In this document: in pieces, positions 40,263 through 49,956 of the stretch | How positions within the stretch are numbered: the first letter of the stretch is position 1 | Layout of the letters: the number at the start of each line of letters is the position of its first letter | Program-made: the position numbers and the translations under genes | NCBI GenBank assembly: GCA_963760795.1 | Contig: CAVXEP010000025.1 | Location: forward strand, 32,001-96,000 | From: an uncultured delta proteobacterium | GTDB taxonomy: Bacteria > Desulfobacterota > Binatia > UBA9968 | DNA length: 64,000 nt | Reading direction: 5' to 3' | Notes under the pieces: model-generated | Database searches by the model: none | What the model saw: the letters and a program-made list of their open reading frames with translations, nothing else | What the model was told of the DNA's origin: nothing

Positions 40263-43200
40263 TTACGAATTCCGCACAATAAAAGATGGCGGCTGCGGTC
40301 CGGTGCCGGTTGGCGTCGAAAAAATCGGTGGCGCGGACGCACTCGGTTGTCGAGCGTCAGCACTAAGACGGTTCAAATATTGGACAAACGCATCGGTAAA
40401 AGGAACACTTTGATTGAGCACCCGTTTGGGAGCCCATGCGCCACCCGATCGCGACAAGAAAGTCGTAGCCGAGCCATTGACGAAGGAAATGATTTTGCCG
40501 CCTTTAGGTCCTGCGTCCAAATCCTTAACTTCCAACAAAAGTCCTTCCCACTGCTGCTGCAAATATTTGCCCGACTCTTCGAGAATCGCCTTCCAGCCAA
40601 CGGAAATTGGACTGCTGAGCACTGATCCACACCAACCGATCCTCTTGCTGAGGCGACCCGATGGTCGACCGCAGCATGTTCAGCGACAACGCGGCCTTGA
40701 GTATCGCTTGCGTTGGGTTAGCTGCTGCCATCCCCCTCCTCGAATGCCTTCTTCGCCGATGCAAAACTCTTTTCCGGAGTACTCAAGTCTGCTTTGATCT
40801 GATCTAACGCGCTCAAGTATGAACTCAGGAACTTCACCGCTTCGGCTTCCTTTCCCTGAGCGCTGTCTTGGGCATGCCGGCTTGGCGTTTTTTTGCGCTT
40901 CGACAATTTTCGTCTTTCAGCGCCATGAGCTTCTTGAGCGTCGCCGCCCATGGTTGCAATTCACCGCTCTGCCATGCGTGCCGAGAATGACACTTAGATT
41001 ATCGTGGCGGATTGAAGGATCAGAATAGCTGGCGATTTGTCACCATCGAGCGCTAAAGCAATGTCTTTGGTTGCCCGCTTTTGGCTGGCCGAGCCGCTCC
41101 ATCTGCGGATACGAGTTCAAGAACTCGTCCCACTGTCGCAAGGCTTGTGTCCGGTAATTGGTTTCGAAACTCTTCAGAGATTCGCCCACGCCGGACGTCT
41201 TGCTCGTCATACTTTGAAGGCCAGAGATTAGCGGTGCAATCCCTTCGCGCCAAGCCTTAGCCGTATAAGCCGGGTCTACCTGAACCGGCCCATTGGAATC
41301 CCAGAAATCCGCGGCGCGCACAGCGGGAAAAGCAGCCGAAGCCGAGTCCAAAATTCTATCCTCACGAAGCCCCCCGCCATCCAACCACCGCCGTATTCGG
41401 TCCGTATCTTTCGACTGCATGTCACGCAGCGCGGTATCACTTTGCCAAGTCAAGTAAGCGTGATGCGTCCGACGCAGGCGCTCAGCAGTCATGGCGACAG
41501 AGTCCTGCGAGCCCTGTCCCGAAGTTAGTAGAACGCGGTAGTCTAAATTATGTTCGGGTTGAAGCGCGGCGCAATGGCCTTCGTCTAGACAGCGACCTAC
41601 GATCTGGATGCGCTGCATCACGGTTCCCACAACCATCGGGTTTGCCGATGTAGTGCTAAGATTTTGGTCAATACGGGTATCAATCGTAGCAAGCACTTGG
41701 GAACGGAAGGCATCGATAAATCGCGTCTGCAATGCACTCGCGACTTGCTTTGACTTATTTAGGCCGAAATCCATGGCCAGCCTTTTCCAAAACGATTTCG
41801 GTAGTAGATTTTCGATATTATGCCGGCATTCGTCGAGGGGGCCCAAGACAGCCGGCAACTCGTTGCTGCCGCCCCGGGTAACGCATGGCAGGACATCGAC
41901 CGATTTCAACGCAAACAAGTTATTGGTGAAGGCAAGCGTGAAGACTCCACAAACAAGCAGCGACACGGTCACGGCAACCACCACCCCCGCCGCGCGCGCC
42001 AGCCCAAAGCGCTCACGACCCGTCGCAGTCTGACCAACAAGGGTGCGATCAGATGGCAAGACGATGGCGCCAAAATCTCGCAAGAACACTTCCCGGCTCG
42101 CCGTCGTCGGTGTCGCGTGAGAATAATTTTGTCCGAGCAAATGCGACAGACGAGATAGAGGCGTAGAGCCTTGACGCGCGCTGGTTAAGAATAAACCGCG
42201 AAAAAACGGCGCATCGTGATACGGGCTTGAGCGAAAAACTACTTCGATCAATGCCTTCAAGCGGGACCTGCAAGCTTTTCAGTTCTCCAGGAAACAAAAA
42301 CATACCCCGCGTTAAGTTTTCGTTTTCGCACTCGTTAAATACAGCTATTCTCAACTCGCTCTAGTCGTTCGTAGACCATACGAAAGCCGCGATCGAACAA
42401 ACGGGGCGCCTCGGCGGCACTGGTCATTTCCTGATTGGCAAAGCCGAGGGCTTGGCCTTTTACTGTGTCGGGTAAGAGCTGAAAGAATTCACTAAAGCCG
42501 ACAATCCGGTCGCTTTTGGTGACCGCTATGTAAACTGGAAATTTGACCCCAAGTTGCTGCACCAAGTCATCGAGACGCTCGCGCAGCTGCGCCCCTTGCT
42601 CTTTCAACTTTTCGATCGGTTTAGAGATTAAGGAGTCCGCAGGGACGGCAATAACAACACCATTAATCGGCTCTCGGCCACGGTTAGTTTTTAGTAAAGT
42701 AAGTAGAGTCTGCCACTCGGCCGCGACTTCACCTTCTTTCTCCTGAAAGACATAACCGCCCGCAGTGTCGAGAAACACTGCTTTTTCGAAGAACCACCAA
42801 TCGACGTTGCGCGTCCCGCCCTCCGCACTCGATGGGCCGATTGAAGATAGCGGTGCTGACGCTTTCAAAAAAGCCGACTTTCCGCCTCCAGGTTCGCCGA
42901 TTACCAAATACCAAGGAAACGCGTAGATCGGATCGTCACCCGCCCCTTTCAATTTTGACTGTCGCAACGATGCTAGAGCTTCGAGCCATTTCTTCTTGAT
43001 GTCGAGGATCCCGCCACGATCTCCCTTACCAATGCTGATCTCACGTTCTTGTTTGGCCGACTCGCCTTCCGTCGCTACCGCCTTGCGCCGCCGCCACCAG
43101 CGCCAAGTCAAATACCCGCCGCCTGCTGCAAGCACCACAACCGCCAAACCGACGAGCAACTTCCACCAGGGTAGCTGCCAATAGACTTGGCCCGCCGCTA

Positions 43201-43690
43201 GCAATAGAAGTAGTATTGCCACCCCAGCCGCGACAGGAACGTAAGGACGCACGCTCTCCCAAGCACCAACCCCCACCCTCGCCTTGGGCTCGGCCTGCTC
43301 TTTTCGCTCCATAGTAAAAATCTCGGTTGGAGCGCTCTCCGGCGATTGGGCTTCACTTACTTCGGCGACCGCCGATGGATCTTTTGTGGAAAACGAGAGC
43401 TTCGGTCCGCGGGCGGAGAGTTGAATGACATCCCCGTCTTTCAGTTGGACTGGTTTATCGATCTTGCGCGAGTTAACCAGAGTGCCATTACGACTCTGCA
43501 AGTCCTTTAGGAAATATCGCTCACCGTCGCGATATATTTCCGCGTGATAGCCAGACACGGAGATGTCTATTTTGGGATCGAAACTGAGGTCGTTATCGCG
43601 TTGTCGCCCGATGCGGATCGTCTGGTCATTATCAAAACTCTCTAGTTGGCCAGCTTTGCTGCCTTCGATATGGGCTAAAAAAATCGGCAT
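40263..43690 (-). CDS. tssM: FHA-TssM (IcmF) fusion; several frameshifts; apparently lacks the C-terminal beta domain
   Basis: FHA (IGRQ...VSGYHAEI...SRNGTLVN), two TM helices, PWYLVIGEPGGGKS, DWWF...DTAG, PINGV, FPVY...TKSD...GFSEFF, FFRGLFLTS, third TM, helical periplasmic region spread over ORFs 41040-42260, 40718-40951, 40525-40764 and 40263-40622. Confidence 0.88.
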
Positions 43691-44188
43691 AGATGAAATT
43701 GCGGAGACGAGGGCCCGGTTACACGATACCGCGAATACTAATCGATAATTCGACTGACAGTCAAGTTGTTCTATAATTTCAAAGAATTACGTACTTTTGT
43801 TGTGCTACCGTTGCCGACAAAGATCTCCCAGCTTGCGTCGTCGAAATGACGCTCGACGCCATGGCACGACGGTGCTGGGCGTCTCTGATACGAAGGATTC
43901 ACTCGCGGAGCACGCATAGTTAGGCATACACTATCGTGACGCAAAGTCGGGATTAGCGCGATCGAGGAATAACGTCGTGGGGATCCTGCCGGGGGAACAG
44001 AGGCTAAACCGAGTCGGTGGAGTGGGGAGAGCGCTACCTTTGACGGTGTTCCGAGGGCCGCGGCTCGGATCGTATGCCAACGCATGCTGGAGCAGCATGC
44101 ATCTGGCCGACGTCTAACGTCGGAATGAACGAATAGGCTTTCAAGCACGGCGAGCAGATGAGGGTACGACGTAGATCTGAGGCGAAGT

Positions 44189-44220
44189 AAAAAGACCAGC
44201 TTTAGGACTCGGTCTTTTTT
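44189..44220. terminator. Possible bidirectional intrinsic terminator
   Basis: AAAAAGACC-13 nt-GGTCTTTTTT just downstream of the barrel gene; weak stem. Confidence 0.35.
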
Positions 44221-44261
44221 GACACGCGGAGAATATCCTCGGCAACTATCCGAAAAATTAC

Positions 44262-45172
44262 TCAGAAAACAAAGGTGATACCGATTACCCCACCCTTCGT
44301 TATGTCGTTCTCATTGGTCAGGAACGACCAATCCTACGGCTCGGATCCAGCTTGTAAACGACTTATCAATGACTTGGTACCTATATCCTGCAGTCAAAGC
44401 GATCGGTAAGCGTCGGCAGTTTATAAGCTATGCCACTTTCAAAATTGGAATACCATGCGTGGTTGTAATTGCGAAGTTCCCCGTTCAGCGCCAGGCCGGA
44501 CCGGTTAACAATCTTCCCTGCACATCTAAATACCCACCAACGAGCGTTGCCATAAACGCTAAACCCCGCAGGAAACTCATTCCACTGCGGTATGGGTACG
44601 TTTAACGATAGACCAACGGTCGGGCCTTGCAAGGCATATTCAGTCTTAAATTACAGCAAAGGCGGCTGACAGCAGTCAGAAAGTTTGAAACACTCCTTTA
44701 TAACCAGCTGATACCGCAAGCCATGGTAAGACATAGTAGCCCAGGTTAACGTCCACTTCTTTGCGCTTCATACGCATGGTCTGTTAACTCACCGACAATT
44801 GGGGAAATGGGGCGGATCTTGGTATATCTGGCGCGCTGGTAACTTGTTCCAAACATACCACTCGCGGAAATAAAAAAATCTTTATATCGTAAACCAAACG
44901 TCGGTATTAAGTTCATTCCGAACGTTTCCAATTTTATTGGGCCGCTCCCACTGAATACTTCTCCCGGGCGCATCCAGTCGTTAAACCAAGTTTTGAAACC
45001 GACTGAGATGTTTAGACCGTCGGGCAGATCGATCGGGCAACTTAAACATTGTGTCAGTCGGCGCCGGCGCTGAAGCGGGCTCCGTTGGTTGCGCGTAGGA
45101 AGGGTTGAATTCCCCCTCCCAAGCGATTGCAACAATCGCAGTAATGACGAAAATCCTGAACATTTTCTGCAT
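44262..45172 (-). CDS. Outer-membrane beta-barrel protein (frameshifted)
   Basis: Signal peptide; alternating strands (LNISVGFKTW, IPTFGLRYKDFFIS, GPTVGLSLN, NFESGIAY, GYRYQ); ends GWVIGITFVF* (terminal Phe beta-signal). Confidence 0.7.
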
Positions 45173-45474
45173 CGCAACTCCTCAGCCGACGATTTTCACG
45201 ACAGCAACAACCTGAATTCCGCCTCGCAAATCAGCCCATAGATTCAAAACTTTCGCCAAACTGTCATAACCTGTAACTCGATGTCAAGGTCTATTTGGTG
45301 GCTTTGTCGTAGCAAAGTGATTCGGACAGGGATGGGCGGTGAATACTCCGGTTAAAAAGATCGACAAATCATGGTATTCTCAGGGCAGGAAGAATCAGAG
45401 GAATCATTGATTGGGCTCATACTGCCGCGACACGCGGTCCTTCCACAGTGAACATAGATCGCCGTTTTACCATT

Positions 45475-46089
45475 TTACATATTGGGAGGTAAAAAATACC
45501 ATCTCGAAAGGGTCTCTTTTTTCACTGTCGTCCGAATCGGCTGATCGCGCTGTTGTGCTTCAACCAATTGCCCCCGTTGAGGTATCTCCGGACCCTTAAC
45601 TGGACAGCTCACCTTATCCAGTTCAAGCTTACGCCCACCTGTGGTCATCGCGTTGACTTCCTCTTGGATCTCGTTCCACGGGGTTTGCTTCAAATCGTTG
45701 ATCTCACGATCGACCAAGATTCGGACTGGGGCCTGATTGTAGTCTTTCGTGAGACCTGCCAGCCGATCCAAGCGGGACTGATATATTCTTCCTGGGATCT
45801 CGGAGAAGGATATAAGCTGCGACCGGAACGAAACCATTGGGTCCGGCCGGCCGGAGTTCGCGTTTACGTTACTTAGGCATTGATAGAATTCATAAACTCG
45901 ACGGCGCGCTTGAGCCCGCACTTTTGAATCATCATTGGCGATGTTTAAGAAATCCCAGTCGGACGAATAAGGCGACGGAAAAACGCCAACCGCAGAGTAG
46001 CTTGCGGCCCAAGGCGACGGCACATCGACCAGGGCGCAGCCCGAAGTCACAACCACCAGGAACAATAGTCGTGGCAAGATTTTATTCAT
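45475..46089 (-). CDS. Putative lipoprotein
   Basis: MNKILPRLLFLVVVTSGC lipobox after a GAGGGG RBS; not TssJ-like by eye. Confidence 0.7.
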   Translation of the reverse strand: MNKILPRLLFLVVVTSGCALVDVPSPWAASYSAVGVFPSPYSSDWDFLNIANDDSKVRAQARRRVYEFYQCLSNVNANSGRPDPMVSFRSQLISFSEIPGRIYQSRLDRLAGLTKDYNQAPVRILVDREINDLKQTPWNEIQEEVNAMTTGGRKLELDKVSCPVKGPEIPQRGQLVEAQQRDQPIRTTVKKETLSRWYFLPPNM

Positions 46090-46241
46090 GGAACCCCTCC
46101 CCATCGCTAAACGGATTTCACATAGTCTGAACGTGACTAAAACAGATTCTATGCCCGTTGCGCTACAAATTTGCCGTCTTTTTTCCCACACAATCTACTC
46201 TTGATTTTGCCCATCGTCAAAACCGCAAACGAGGCCGCCAG

Positions 46242-47750
46242 CTAAAAACTCGGCGGTATGAACGGCTGTTTAGTTTTTTGCGGTGGCCGTTCCTTGAGCT
46301 CGCGCTCTAGCTGATCCAAGCGCTGTCGTTCCTCTTCTAGCCGTTGCCGCTCGCGAAGTTCTTCCCGCGATTTCTCCTCGGTCCGTTTGCGCTCCGCTTC
46401 GGCCTTTTGCCGTTTCTCTTCCTCTCTTCGCCGCTCCTCTTCCTGAGCACGCCGCTTCGCATCTTCGGCGGCTTTTTGCTTTTGGGCTTCCGCCTTCGAG
46501 CGGATTTCTTCCTCTCGGCGGCGTTCTTCCTCTTGGGCTTTTCGCTTTGTTTCTTCTTCGGCTTTCTTTCTCTCCGCTTCGGCCTTTTGCCGTTTCTCTT
46601 CCTCTCTTCGCCGCTCCTCTTCCTGAGCACGGCGCTTCGCATCTTCGGCGGCTTTTTGCTTTTGGGCTTCCGCCTTCGACCGGATCTCTTCCTCTCGGCG
46701 TCGTTCTTGCTCTTGGGCCTTTCGCTTTGTTTCTTCTTCGGCTTTCTTTCTCTCCGCTTCGGCCTTTTGCCGAATCGACTCTTCAAGCTTTCTTTTCTCG
46801 TCAATGAGCCGCTGGCTTTCTTCCTTGAGCTTACGATCTGCTTCCGCTTTCCGACGTCTTGCGTCCTCCGCGCGCTTTTGTTCATCCTCTGACTTTTGCT
46901 TTAGCTCGGACTCACGTTTTTTAACCTCTTCTTTTATGCGCTGCTGTTCAGCCTTTTGCCGCGCTGCCTCGTCCGATCTTCTTTTGTCCTCATCCTTGCG
47001 TCTCTGGGCCTCCTCGGCCTGTCTCTTGCGTTCCGCCTCACGCGTTTTCGCGTCTTGTAGCCGTTGCTGCTCGAGTTCCGCTTTTTGCCGTTTCTGTTCG
47101 TCGAGCTTTCGGCTAGTCTCTTCTTTCCGTCGAGCTTCTTCCTGGGCTTTGCGCTCAGCTTTTTCTTTTTCTTCTCTGGCTCGCCGTTCACGCTCCGCCG
47201 TTTCTTTCGCTTCGCGTTCCTGACGCTCTTGTGCCTCTTTGGCTTTCTGTTCACGCGCAGCTTTTTCTTTCGCCTCTCGGTCAAGCCGCTCGCGCTCAGC
47301 ACGCTCCTTAGCTTCTTTCTCCTGACGCTCTTTGACGGCCTGCTCCCGAGCTGCCCGCTCCTCGCGCTCGCGGTCCGCCTTTTCTTTTTCTTGGCGCGCC
47401 CGCTCAGCCCTCAGTTTTTGCTGGGCTTCGGTGTACCGCGCCGCGGCTTGTCTGATCGCGGAAAGCGCATTGTCGTCCGCCCCGCTTGACCGCAATTGCT
47501 GTTCTGCCGCGTTCGTATAGTCAAAATTCACTCCATGCTCGTTGACGACTTGGGCAACCCGCGCCGGGCTGACTTTATCCTTCAAGAGATCGGTGATCTC
47601 CTTTAAACTGAACGGGCCTCGCCCTTGAGCGAGGGCGCAAACCACCGCCGCTAGCGCCAACACATTCCCAAGCAAAGAGAGCGCTGATTTCGCCGGCACG
47701 AGCGAAATTGCCCAGGGTTGCTTCACCTCGACCTTTGTCTCTGGTTTCAT
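46242..47750 (-). CDS. Exported protein with shared ~55-aa domain and a very long E/K/R-rich helix (TolA-like composition)
   Basis: Signal peptide ending ALA-QG; FSLKEITDLLKDKVSPARV...LRSSGADD; about 380 aa of charged helix; tail PFIPPSF. Confidence 0.8.
   Translation of the reverse strand: MKPETKVEVKQPWAISLVPAKSALSLLGNVLALAAVVCALAQGRGPFSLKEITDLLKDKVSPARVAQVVNEHGVNFDYTNAAEQQLRSSGADDNALSAIRQAAARYTEAQQKLRAERARQEKEKADREREERAAREQAVKERQEKEAKERAERERLDREAKEKAAREQKAKEAQERQEREAKETAERERRAREEKEKAERKAQEEARRKEETSRKLDEQKRQKAELEQQRLQDAKTREAERKRQAEEAQRRKDEDKRRSDEAARQKAEQQRIKEEVKKRESELKQKSEDEQKRAEDARRRKAEADRKLKEESQRLIDEKRKLEESIRQKAEAERKKAEEETKRKAQEQERRREEEIRSKAEAQKQKAAEDAKRRAQEEERRREEEKRQKAEAERKKAEEETKRKAQEEERRREEEIRSKAEAQKQKAAEDAKRRAQEEERRREEEKRQKAEAERKRTEEKSREELRERQRLEEERQRLDQLERELKERPPQKTKQPFIPPSF
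46391..46772 (-). repeat. 180-bp (60-aa) intragenic tandem repeat, about 2.1 copies
   Basis: CTCCGCTTCGGCCTTTTGCCG recurs at 46392, 46572 and 46752. Confidence 0.9.
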
Positions 47751-47844
47751 CAAGATGTTCAACTCAGCAAGACAATGCAACCAGGCTAAGGTTTTTCTAA
47801 TGACCGCCTCGTCCGTTGGATGATTTGCGCTAAAGGGAGAGGCT

Positions 47845-49443
47845 TCAAGAGTCGCACCGCGAGTTCGTCAGCCCGCTACGCCGTTCGGCCTGGCAGGCAC
47901 TCTTGGTTTGTTGATATTCGGATTGGACGAGCTTGTTTCTAGGATCGATTGCTTTAGCTTGGCGGAGCGAATCGAACGCAACATCGTAGTTCCCCTTATC
48001 CCGCGAGGACCGGGCGATCTTGATGATCTCATCCACCGTCGGCCCAGGCGGCGGCGCTTTGGCCTTGACGGTCACATTGAAAGCCGCGCTCTCTGCGCCC
48101 TGGTGCTTCACGGAAATCTGCGCTATTCCTTCATTGCGCGCCACCACTTCGCCCTGCCCATTAACGGTAGCTACCGAAGGATTGCTGCTTTGCCACTCTA
48201 AATTCTCAGTAATCGCTGTCTGGGTTCCGTCGCTAAAGTTGCCACTAACCGTTAGCGGACCTTTCTCGCCGACTGCGAGTTCTCGCTGTCCGGTCAATGC
48301 CAGTGCGACAACCTTTCTTGGCGCAGGGTCGTGACTTCCAAATCCACCCATGAACCACAACAAGGCAATAACTAACACAACAGCACCCGCTACTGCCGCG
48401 CCCATAATCGGAAGGCTATATCGCGATGTCTTCGGCAAGTCCTCCCGGTTAAGAATCATGGTCTGTGAAACGGTATGATTCACCGGTACCTCGTCTATCG
48501 CGATGCCGTTCGCCTTCTGTAATCCCTCCACGACCGCGTGCATATCCTTGAGCCGCTTCTGGGGCTTTTTTTCCAGGGCTTGCATGACCAATCGTTCGAT
48601 TACAGCTGGCACCTCGCGGCGTATTTTCCGCAGCGGTGCCGGCTGTTCCTGGAGATGCTTGATCAAAACCGCGCTTGGCGTAGAGGCTTTGAACGGAACC
48701 GAGCCGCTAAGCATTTCATAGAGAACGACTCCCAAGGCGTAGATGTCGGTCTTCTCGCTGATATCCGTGCCTTCCGCTTGCTCTGGAGCCATATAGGCAG
48801 GGGTTCCCATGATCACCCCAGTGCGGGTCAGGTTGGCGGCATTACCAGAATCCATCATGCGCGCGATGCCAAAGTCCATCAGCTTGATTTCTTCAGCGCC
48901 ACGGTGGCCCAAGACCATGATATTGTCCGGCTTGATGTCACGATGAATGACTCCGGCCAAATGCGCTGCTTCGAGCCCTTCCGCGATCTGGAGGCCCAGT
49001 CGGACCGCCCGCCGAATTTCCAGTGGGCCGTCGTGCCGGACTACATCGCTCAGCTTTGCACCCTGCAAAAACTCCATGGCAATGAACAAGCTGCCATCAT
49101 TACCCTGGTCGAAATCGTATATGGTGACGATATTTCGGTGGTTGAGCGAGGCGGCCAATCGAGCCTCCCGGCGAAATCGGCCGATAAATTCATCGTCGTT
49201 GGCATAGTTTCCCTGCAAGACTTTTAGCGCAACTTTGCGGCCTACGCTGATCTGCTCGGCAAGATAGACCGAACCCATGCCCCCCTCGCCGATCTTGCTA
49301 ATTACACTGTAGCGGCCCTTAACAAGTTTGCCTAAATAAGGATCCTCTTTCACCCCGACAATTCGCAGAGTCGCGCCATCGGCCTCACAATGCTCGACGG
49401 CATGTTCGTAGTTTCGTTCGCAAAGTGGACAGTACTTCATCAC
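47845..49443 (-). CDS. Membrane Ser/Thr kinase 1 (PpkA-like): Zn ribbon, kinase, TM, Big_2, TPR-like tail
   Basis: GEGGMG, VALK, HRDIKPDN, DFG, YMAPE; WQSSNPSVATVN (Big_2). Confidence 0.93.
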   Translation of the reverse strand: MMKYCPLCERNYEHAVEHCEADGATLRIVGVKEDPYLGKLVKGRYSVISKIGEGGMGSVYLAEQISVGRKVALKVLQGNYANDDEFIGRFRREARLAASLNHRNIVTIYDFDQGNDGSLFIAMEFLQGAKLSDVVRHDGPLEIRRAVRLGLQIAEGLEAAHLAGVIHRDIKPDNIMVLGHRGAEEIKLMDFGIARMMDSGNAANLTRTGVIMGTPAYMAPEQAEGTDISEKTDIYALGVVLYEMLSGSVPFKASTPSAVLIKHLQEQPAPLRKIRREVPAVIERLVMQALEKKPQKRLKDMHAVVEGLQKANGIAIDEVPVNHTVSQTMILNREDLPKTSRYSLPIMGAAVAGAVVLVIALLWFMGGFGSHDPAPRKVVALALTGQRELAVGEKGPLTVSGNFSDGTQTAITENLEWQSSNPSVATVNGQGEVVARNEGIAQISVKHQGAESAAFNVTVKAKAPPPGPTVDEIIKIARSSRDKGNYDVAFDSLRQAKAIDPRNKLVQSEYQQTKSACQAERRSGLTNSRCDS

Positions 49444-49956
49444 TAAAACCCAGTTAAATCCCAGCCGCTACTTACCAAGTTCCTTGGTTTTTAGCAAAGT
49501 AGCGACAAATAGAAAACCGTCAGCCAATTTGCGACTTAGGCTTCGGCTGACACAAAAACGTCATAGCCCATGGCTGGGAATTGTCAGTAAGTTATCAAAG
49601 ATCATCAAGGCGCTACGGTTTCTGAGACTGCTTCGACTTTCCAAGATTAACTCACGATGTCGCGTTGTCATAAACATCGCCTGTCCTCGAAACAATAACC
49701 GGCTCAGGACAACAAACATCTCCCTTTTGCGCCGATTTGTCGTATAATTACAAACGTTTTGAGTGTATCAGCCCGACATTTGAACGTCGGTTTCGATGGA
49801 TTTTCAATAGACTGTTTTAAAGCTATACTTTGCGGAAGAGGAAGCGATTACTAGGCAAAAAAGAGTTCAGCGCGCTTCGTTGCGTCATGGACAAGTCAAA
49901 CTTTGAGAATAGTTTACGCGCCCCGCGGGCCATCACAGTCTGAATTAGGCAATCCA

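Noticed and set aside
43920-43965. GGCATAC...GACGCAAAG, resembling a c-di-GMP-I riboswitch
   Set aside because: No GNRA-capped P2 or proper P1/P3 pairing, and no downstream gene on that strand.
43771-44148. 125-aa ORF upstream of FHA-tssM
   Set aside because: No RBS or motif, and the composition looks non-coding.
45475-46089. Lipoprotein as tssJ
   Set aside because: Appears helical and lacks recognisable TssJ motifs; kept only as a possible functional substitute.
46337-47520. Multiple overlapping Arg/Lys- or Phe/Leu-rich ORFs
   Set aside because: Shadow frames of the low-complexity charged-helix gene.
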